Shown here: piece by piece, positions 6,770 to 11,174 of the stretch | How positions within the stretch are numbered: position 1 is the first letter of the stretch | Layout: each line of letters opens with the position of its first letter | Assembly: GCA_000388065.2 (NCBI GenBank) | Contig: KB932210.1 | DNA from: Fonticula alba ATCC 38817 | Taxonomy: Eukaryota; Protista; Nucleariida | Length of the DNA: 11,174 nucleotides | Direction: 5' to 3' (one strand) | Notes under the pieces: model-generated | What the model was told of the DNA's origin: nothing | The model's input: the letters and a program-made list of their open reading frames with translations, nothing else | Database searches by the model: none | Program-made: the position numbers and the translations under genes

Positions 6770-7571
6770 CTGTGTGGGCGAGCGTGAGGGTGTGAGTGGG
6801 GGCGGGGGGCGGGGGGCGGGGGGGGGGGGGGTAGGGGGTCTCGCCCTGTCGGTGGCATGAGATGGCCCCACGCGGGCCATGGCGGCACAGCGGGGAAGGA
6901 GGGGGGGGGGGCCGGCACACGTACCAGGGCAAAGGGCCATGCCCGGAGGGCCGAGAACACCTGCAGCAGGATGATCAGCAGAAAGTAGGTCATGGCCACG
7001 TTGTTGAACTGGAAGAAGATGTTCTTCGGCAGGAAGTTCCAGTAGGTGTACTTGGCGGTGATGACCTCATTGGTGGCTGGCCGCGCCCGGGGGAAGAGGC
7101 TCCGGTAGAGCCCCTGCACCCAGGTGGGGTACTTGGCCAGCGAGGGGGGCGTGACGCGCGCATTCTCCGGGTGATCGGGGCTGTCGTGCTGTGGGGAGCG
7201 GGTGGGGGTGGGGGGAGGGGGGTTAAAACCGGGCGTCCATGCGCGGCGATGCGCAGAGGGCGCCAGCGAAGAAGCACAGGGCGGGGGAGTCGGCCGCCTG
7301 TCGGCCCGCGTGGCACACGCACCGGCAGCCAGGTGGCCCGGATGGAGTCCAGCGAGAGGGCCTCCTCGCCCGGGGCCGATGGCGCGCCGGTCGGCGAGGT
7401 GGCGGCCAGCGCGCCGGAGGGCTCTCGGCTGGAGTCCTTGTCACTGTCGATGTGGGGAGGGGAGAGGGCGCCGCCATCGGGGGCGGTCTTGCCACCGGCG
7501 CCGTTGAGGCCCGACGGGTGGGCGCCCTCCTCAGGGTCTTTCTTGAGCGAAGTGAGCTCGATGGTCACCAT
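1862..7571 (-). CDS. P4-type ATPase (phospholipid-translocating flippase, Drs2/Dnf/ATP8-ATP10 family); spliced model join(7571..7323, 7188..6925, 6769..1862), about 1806 aa
   Basis: The translation contains P4-ATPase hallmarks: NEVITAKY (N-terminal motif), SLDGETNLK (DGET at 6485..6496), YIFTDKTGTLT (5780..5800; phospho-Asp about residue 495), GLRTL, [49 protein letters not shown] (GDGAND at 3794..3811), LLLVHGRWSY, TM5 FQKN and TM6 YNLAFT. Two phase-0 GT-AG introns join the exons in frame. No ortholog symbol can be assigned without a search. Confidence 0.95.
6770..6924 (-). other. Spliceosomal intron 2 of the P4-ATPase (155 nt, phase 0)
   Basis: GTACGT donor, C11 and C14 runs, CTCAC branch-like motifs and CACACAG acceptor. 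Its removal joins TM1 to TM2 with family-typical spacing. Confidence 0.9.
6925..7188 (-). CDS. P4-ATPase exon 2 (88 codons, HDSPDHPEN...NEVITAKYTYWNFLPKNIFFQFNNVAMTYFLLIILLQVFSALRAWPFAL), containing the N-terminal P4 motif and TM1
   Basis: Acceptor CCCCACAG| at 7189 and donor CTG|GTACGT at 6924. Splicing gives LQ-VFSALRAWPFALTPL-PLVIV, the same 15-residue spacing I recall between TM1 LQ and TM2 PL in typical P4-ATPases. The 5' boundary could alternatively use the AG a few nt downstream. Confidence 0.88.
7189..7322 (-). other. Spliceosomal intron 1 of the P4-ATPase (134 nt, phase 0)
   Basis: GTGCGT donor, TTTAAC branch-site-like hexamer (plus-strand 7222..7227), C-rich tract and CAG acceptor. 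Its removal restores the reading frame. Confidence 0.75.
7323..7571 (-). CDS. P4-ATPase exon 1 (83 codons, MVTIELTSLKKDPEEGAHP...SIRATWLP), low-complexity N-terminal extension
   Basis: ATG at 7571..7569 in a strong Kozak-like context (ATCACCATGG), GC3-rich codons, and a phase-0 donor CCG|GTGCGT at 7322. It lies about 50 nt from the N gap, so a further upstream exon cannot be excluded. Confidence 0.72.
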
Positions 7572-7622
7572 GGTGATCGGGCTCCGTCGCGGTTCCTGGC
7601 CGGGCACAGCCGGAGGGGGGGG

Positions 7623-8206
7623 NNNNNNNNNNNNNNNNNNNNNNNNNNNNNNNNNNNNNNNNNNNNNNNNNNNNNNNNNNNNNNNNNNNNNNNNNNNNNN
7701 NNNNNNNNNNNNNNNNNNNNNNNNNNNNNNNNNNNNNNNNNNNNNNNNNNNNNNNNNNNNNNNNNNNNNNNNNNNNNNNNNNNNNNNNNNNNNNNNNNNN
7801 NNNNNNNNNNNNNNNNNNNNNNNNNNNNNNNNNNNNNNNNNNNNNNNNNNNNNNNNNNNNNNNNNNNNNNNNNNNNNNNNNNNNNNNNNNNNNNNNNNNN
7901 NNNNNNNNNNNNNNNNNNNNNNNNNNNNNNNNNNNNNNNNNNNNNNNNNNNNNNNNNNNNNNNNNNNNNNNNNNNNNNNNNNNNNNNNNNNNNNNNNNNN
8001 NNNNNNNNNNNNNNNNNNNNNNNNNNNNNNNNNNNNNNNNNNNNNNNNNNNNNNNNNNNNNNNNNNNNNNNNNNNNNNNNNNNNNNNNNNNNNNNNNNNN
8101 NNNNNNNNNNNNNNNNNNNNNNNNNNNNNNNNNNNNNNNNNNNNNNNNNNNNNNNNNNNNNNNNNNNNNNNNNNNNNNNNNNNNNNNNNNNNNNNNNNNN
8201 NNNNNN
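7623..8206. other. Assembly gap (584 N)
   Basis: Run of N flanked on both sides by G-rich sequence. Confidence 1.
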
Positions 8207-9557
8207 GGGGAGGGGCTGGGCAAAACCCGCGAAGCAATGCGTGGGGGGCGAGAGGGAGGCAAGGGAGGAGGGAGGGAATGGGGATGTGTATATACGGGGT
8301 GGGGATGGGGGGGGGGGAGGTCCTCGTGTGCACGTAGGCGTTTCCGGAGCTGGCTACGCCGGCACGGGGGCTGCCCACGGCTGTCCTTATATTGGCAGGG
8401 CTGCGTTGGCCAGCAGCTGGTGCGGGGCGGGGCGCGACACACACCCCGGGGGGCGGGGGCGGGGCGGACGGGGCGGAGGGGGAGGCGCAGATCAGCGCGC
8501 GCCCGGGGGAGGGGAGATTGCGCGGCAGGGATCCGGTTCATGGCGCCGCGACCCCCCCGCTCCGCCCCGATGTCGCCACACGCCGACAAAATGCCGGCCC
8601 CGGCCCTGCTCCCAGTTCTTCCCCCGGGGTCGGCCCGGAGCTCGCCGCCCAAAAGAGAAGGAGCGGCCCGGCCGCACAGCATCCAGGACGAGAGGGGGCG
8701 AGGGGGCGAGGGGGGGGGGGGACTGGTGCGAGCGCGCGCGATCGCCGCCCTGTCTCACGGCCGACGCCCGGGGGCGCGTGCGTCGCCCCGCCGCGCACGC
8801 CAGCGGCGCTGGCCCTGCGCACGGGGGGGCAAGAATGCCGGATCGCGCGGCCGGGGCCGAGGCTCCGCCTCGCTCGTCTGGCTCCCCCCCCCCTTGGCAC
8901 CGGCGGCCAGGGGCGATCTGCCGGCGCGCCCTCGGGCCCGTCCGGCGACACCGGCGGCCTGCCCACCGCAGCAGGGGACACCCCCCGCGCCTGCGGGCGT
9001 GCGGGCCGGCTTTCGGAAAAGGGCCACACACACACACCCCCCGCGGCGCGCCATGCAGCGTCCTCGCCCCCGGGCCGCGGGCGGCCGCTCGGTCAAGGCG
9101 CCGGGCGAGGGCAGCCCTGGCCGCCTGCCCCGCGTGCCCCCGGGCCCGCGAGGCCGGCCCCGGGTGTTCGGCCGGGCGAGCTCCCCCGTGGCCGCCCGCC
9201 GCCCAGCGCATGCCCCTGGGCATGTTCGCTGGGGAATCTGCACCGGCCACGCCACCCCCCCCCCCCCCCCCGGTGCGAGTGCGTGAGACCGGGTCGGCTG
9301 CACGCCTGCGCCGGCCGCGGCGCACGGCAAAGCGCGCCGGTCGCCGGACCCCGCCCCCTCCCAGCGCGCCCCGGCCGACCGGGGTGATAGGCCCCCCCCC
9401 CCAGCGAAGCACGCCCGGGCCGAAACATGTGGTACCAACGAATGAGGACTCCCGGGCCGGCCGGCCGGCCGCGGCGCGTCCGCCATTCACCCGCGGGCTT
9501 CCCTCTCATCAGGCCGGCGGCCGTTGTCGTTACCGCCGGGGCGCCGGCGCCGCGGCC

Positions 9558-9573
9558 GCCAGCCAGCCAGCCA
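9558..9573. repeat. (GCCA)4 tetranucleotide repeat
   Basis: Read directly from the sequence. Confidence 0.85.
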
Positions 9574-9810
9574 GCCGGGGAAAGGCCCACAGGAGGTGCC
9601 CCAAAAAGGGCGATCACCGGAGATCGCCGCCGGAAGCCGATTATTAATTCCCCCTAATGAGCACCCAATCCTCCCCCCGGGGGAAGGAGGGCGGCGGTCC
9701 GACCGAAGAGGGGCGGGGGGCGGGGCAAGATACCGGCTCCCACCGCGCCCATCTTTTTCCCTGCCCCGTCGCATGTGAAAGGCCCGGCGCGCTATCTCTC
9801 CCTGCGCACA

Positions 9811-9921
9811 CCGGCCCGGGGGGGGGGGGGGGGCTCCCCGGGGGGAAAAACCCCCCCCCCCGAAGCCCCCCCCCCCCCAAGCCCGGCCCGGGGGGGGGGG
9901 GGGGGGCCTCCGGGCGAAAAA
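9811..9921. repeat. Imperfect direct repeat CCGGCCC-G16/17-C(C)TCC..GG..-AAAAA (9811..9850 and 9883..9921) flanking C11-GAAG-C13
   Basis: Read directly: G16 9818..9833, A5 9846..9850, C11 9851..9861, C13 9866..9878, G17 9890..9906. Confidence 0.75.
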
Positions 9922-10709
9922 GACCGCCCCGCGAAGCAGCCTCAGCCCACAGGCCGGGCCCGGTCGGGGGATGGGCCGCGCCCGAGGGCCCGCGCGAACT
10001 CTCCGTGCCGCAGCCCCGGGCGCGGTTGCGCCGGCTTGGTGCGCCCCCCCCCCCTCCCCCCGGCCCACAGCCGGACCGTGACGAGTCGCCCGGCCGCGGC
10101 GCGTGCCGTTGTCCGGAGGCGGACCCGCCGCCGTTCGCCCCGGCCCCCATCCCGCAGCCGGGCACCGTTCGTCCCCGATGCGCAAGCCGGGGGGGAGGCC
10201 GGGCCCGCCGGCGCGGAATGCGCCACCCCCTCCCGGGGGGGGGGGGGGGGGCGTGGGGGACGGAGAGCCGGAAACGGCCCGGCCGGAAGGCGCCAGCATC
10301 GGGCCTCGCCGCGCGCCGCGGCCGCGGCGTGCGCCCGGCCGCCCGGGCGAGCGACCCGCCCGGCCGCCCGGACAACCTGCGTCACCGCCGACTCACGCCT
10401 GCTCGCCCGGGGCGCTCCGAAGGCCGCGGCGGCGACCGGGAAAACGGCCGCGCGTGGCCGCCGCAGACAGGGCCCCGACGCCAGGTGAGCTGACCATTCT
10501 CCAACGGCACCCCCCCCCCCCCCCCCCCCCCCGGCGCCGCGGCCGGAGGCCAGCCGCCAGCAGGCACCACATGCCGGGAAGCGAGCGCCCGCAGGACGGG
10601 CAGAGGGGGCGCCGTGGTTTACCGGCACCCGGCCATTTGGGCTGCCCCGCCTGCAGATGGGGCCCCAGCCCGGGCAAACTCCCCGCACGCCGAGCACATG
10701 CGCCTGCAT

Positions 10710-10729
10710 GCCTGCCTGCCTGCCTGCCT
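10710..10729. repeat. (GCCT)5 tetranucleotide repeat
   Basis: Read directly from the sequence. Confidence 0.9.
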
Positions 10730-10943
10730 GTCCCTCAAGCCACATCGTGTTCGTGGCCATGCCCACTGCGCCCAACGGCCTGGCCAGCCCGGACGAGCCC
10801 CCGCCTCCCGGGGGGGGGGGGGGGGTGCGCCTGTGGCCGGCGTCCCCCTGGCGTGGTGCGTGCGAGCGGGGGAGGGGTGCCGATGTTTGCTCGCCGACGA
10901 ACCGGGTGTTTTTTCCGTGGCGGCCGCAGCGTGCTCAGGCAAA

Positions 10944-10970
10944 ATGGCCAGCGAGCCCGTGATCACCGAA
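10944..10970 (+). CDS. Candidate short first coding exon (MASEPVITE) of a divergent plus-strand gene
   Basis: GCAAAATGG Kozak-like context, 8 of 9 codons ending in G/C, followed by the donor-like GAA|GTCAGC. A C-rich tract ending CTCAG at about 11143 is a possible acceptor. Too short to confirm. Confidence 0.3.
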
Positions 10971-11174
10971 GTCAGCACACGTCGTTGGGGATTTTCGGGA
11001 TCCTCCCCCTCCCAAGACACACGTCTCGGGGTCTGTTTAATTGAGCCCGGGATTGGGCCATTCTGCCGGGTGGGTTGGAGACCCCGCTGGCCCCCACAAA
11101 CGGGGCGCCGCAGGAACAGACGTGTCCCCCCTCCCCCCCTCAGAATAGAGCCCTCAGAGCCGGCCCCCCCCCCC

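Noticed and set aside
839-6787. 1982-aa plus-strand ORF
   Set aside because: It is exactly in register and antisense to the flippase, has an Arg/Gly/His-rich composition with no motifs, needs a TTG start and runs through the (CA)24 repeat. It is a shadow of codon bias.
1862-6940. ORF-track start at 6940 (MALCPGTC...)
   Set aside because: The first 57 codons read through intron 2 (poly-Pro from C runs). The true N-terminus comes from spliced exons 1-2.
8385-8395. CCTTATATTGG as a CArG (SRF/MADS) box
   Set aside because: It has seven A/T bases between CC and GG; the consensus has six.
6862-9647. ORFs spanning the N gap (6862..8337, 6990..8444, 7239..9647, 7531..8682)
   Set aside because: Their length comes from translating N as X. 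Only 7323..7571 within 6990..8444 is supported, as exon 1.
8207-10900. Dense overlapping Pro/Arg/Gly/Ala ORFs in all six frames
   Set aside because: Stops are rare in very GC-rich DNA. The frames run through homopolymers, show no clear third-position bias and contain no motifs.
1-11174. tRNA/rRNA genes, CRISPR arrays, transposase/retroelement ORFs, CDC50 subunit gene
   Set aside because: No recognisable signatures by eye. Eukaryotic CDC50 genes are not normally linked to P4-ATPase genes, so the absence is unremarkable. Infernal and RepeatMasker were not run.

Overview
GC-rich eukaryotic genomic DNA with spliceosomal GT-AG introns, long G/C homopolymers, microsatellites and a 584-nt N gap. 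The style resembles a GC-rich unicellular eukaryote such as Fonticula, but that is an impression only. The dominant feature is a minus-strand, three-exon P4-type ATPase (phospholipid flippase) gene, model complement(join(1862..6769,6925..7188,7323..7571)), about 1806 aa. Its core catalytic motifs are intact (DGET, DKTGTLT, TGDK, GDGAND, TM5 KN). Several normally conserved motifs are altered (PIAL, KGDD, SSDE, TGDKCTT, SPLEK), and it has long His-rich and low-complexity insertions and a roughly 380-aa C-terminal tail. A probable first coding exon of a second minus-strand gene lies at 106..314, and a weak candidate start of a divergent plus-strand gene at 10944. The rest looks like UTR, intron or intergenic DNA. 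Nearly all other ORFs in the track are shadow or GC-richness artefacts. I see no evidence of a new multi-gene system; the best leads concern the divergent flippase and its ambiguous 3' end.
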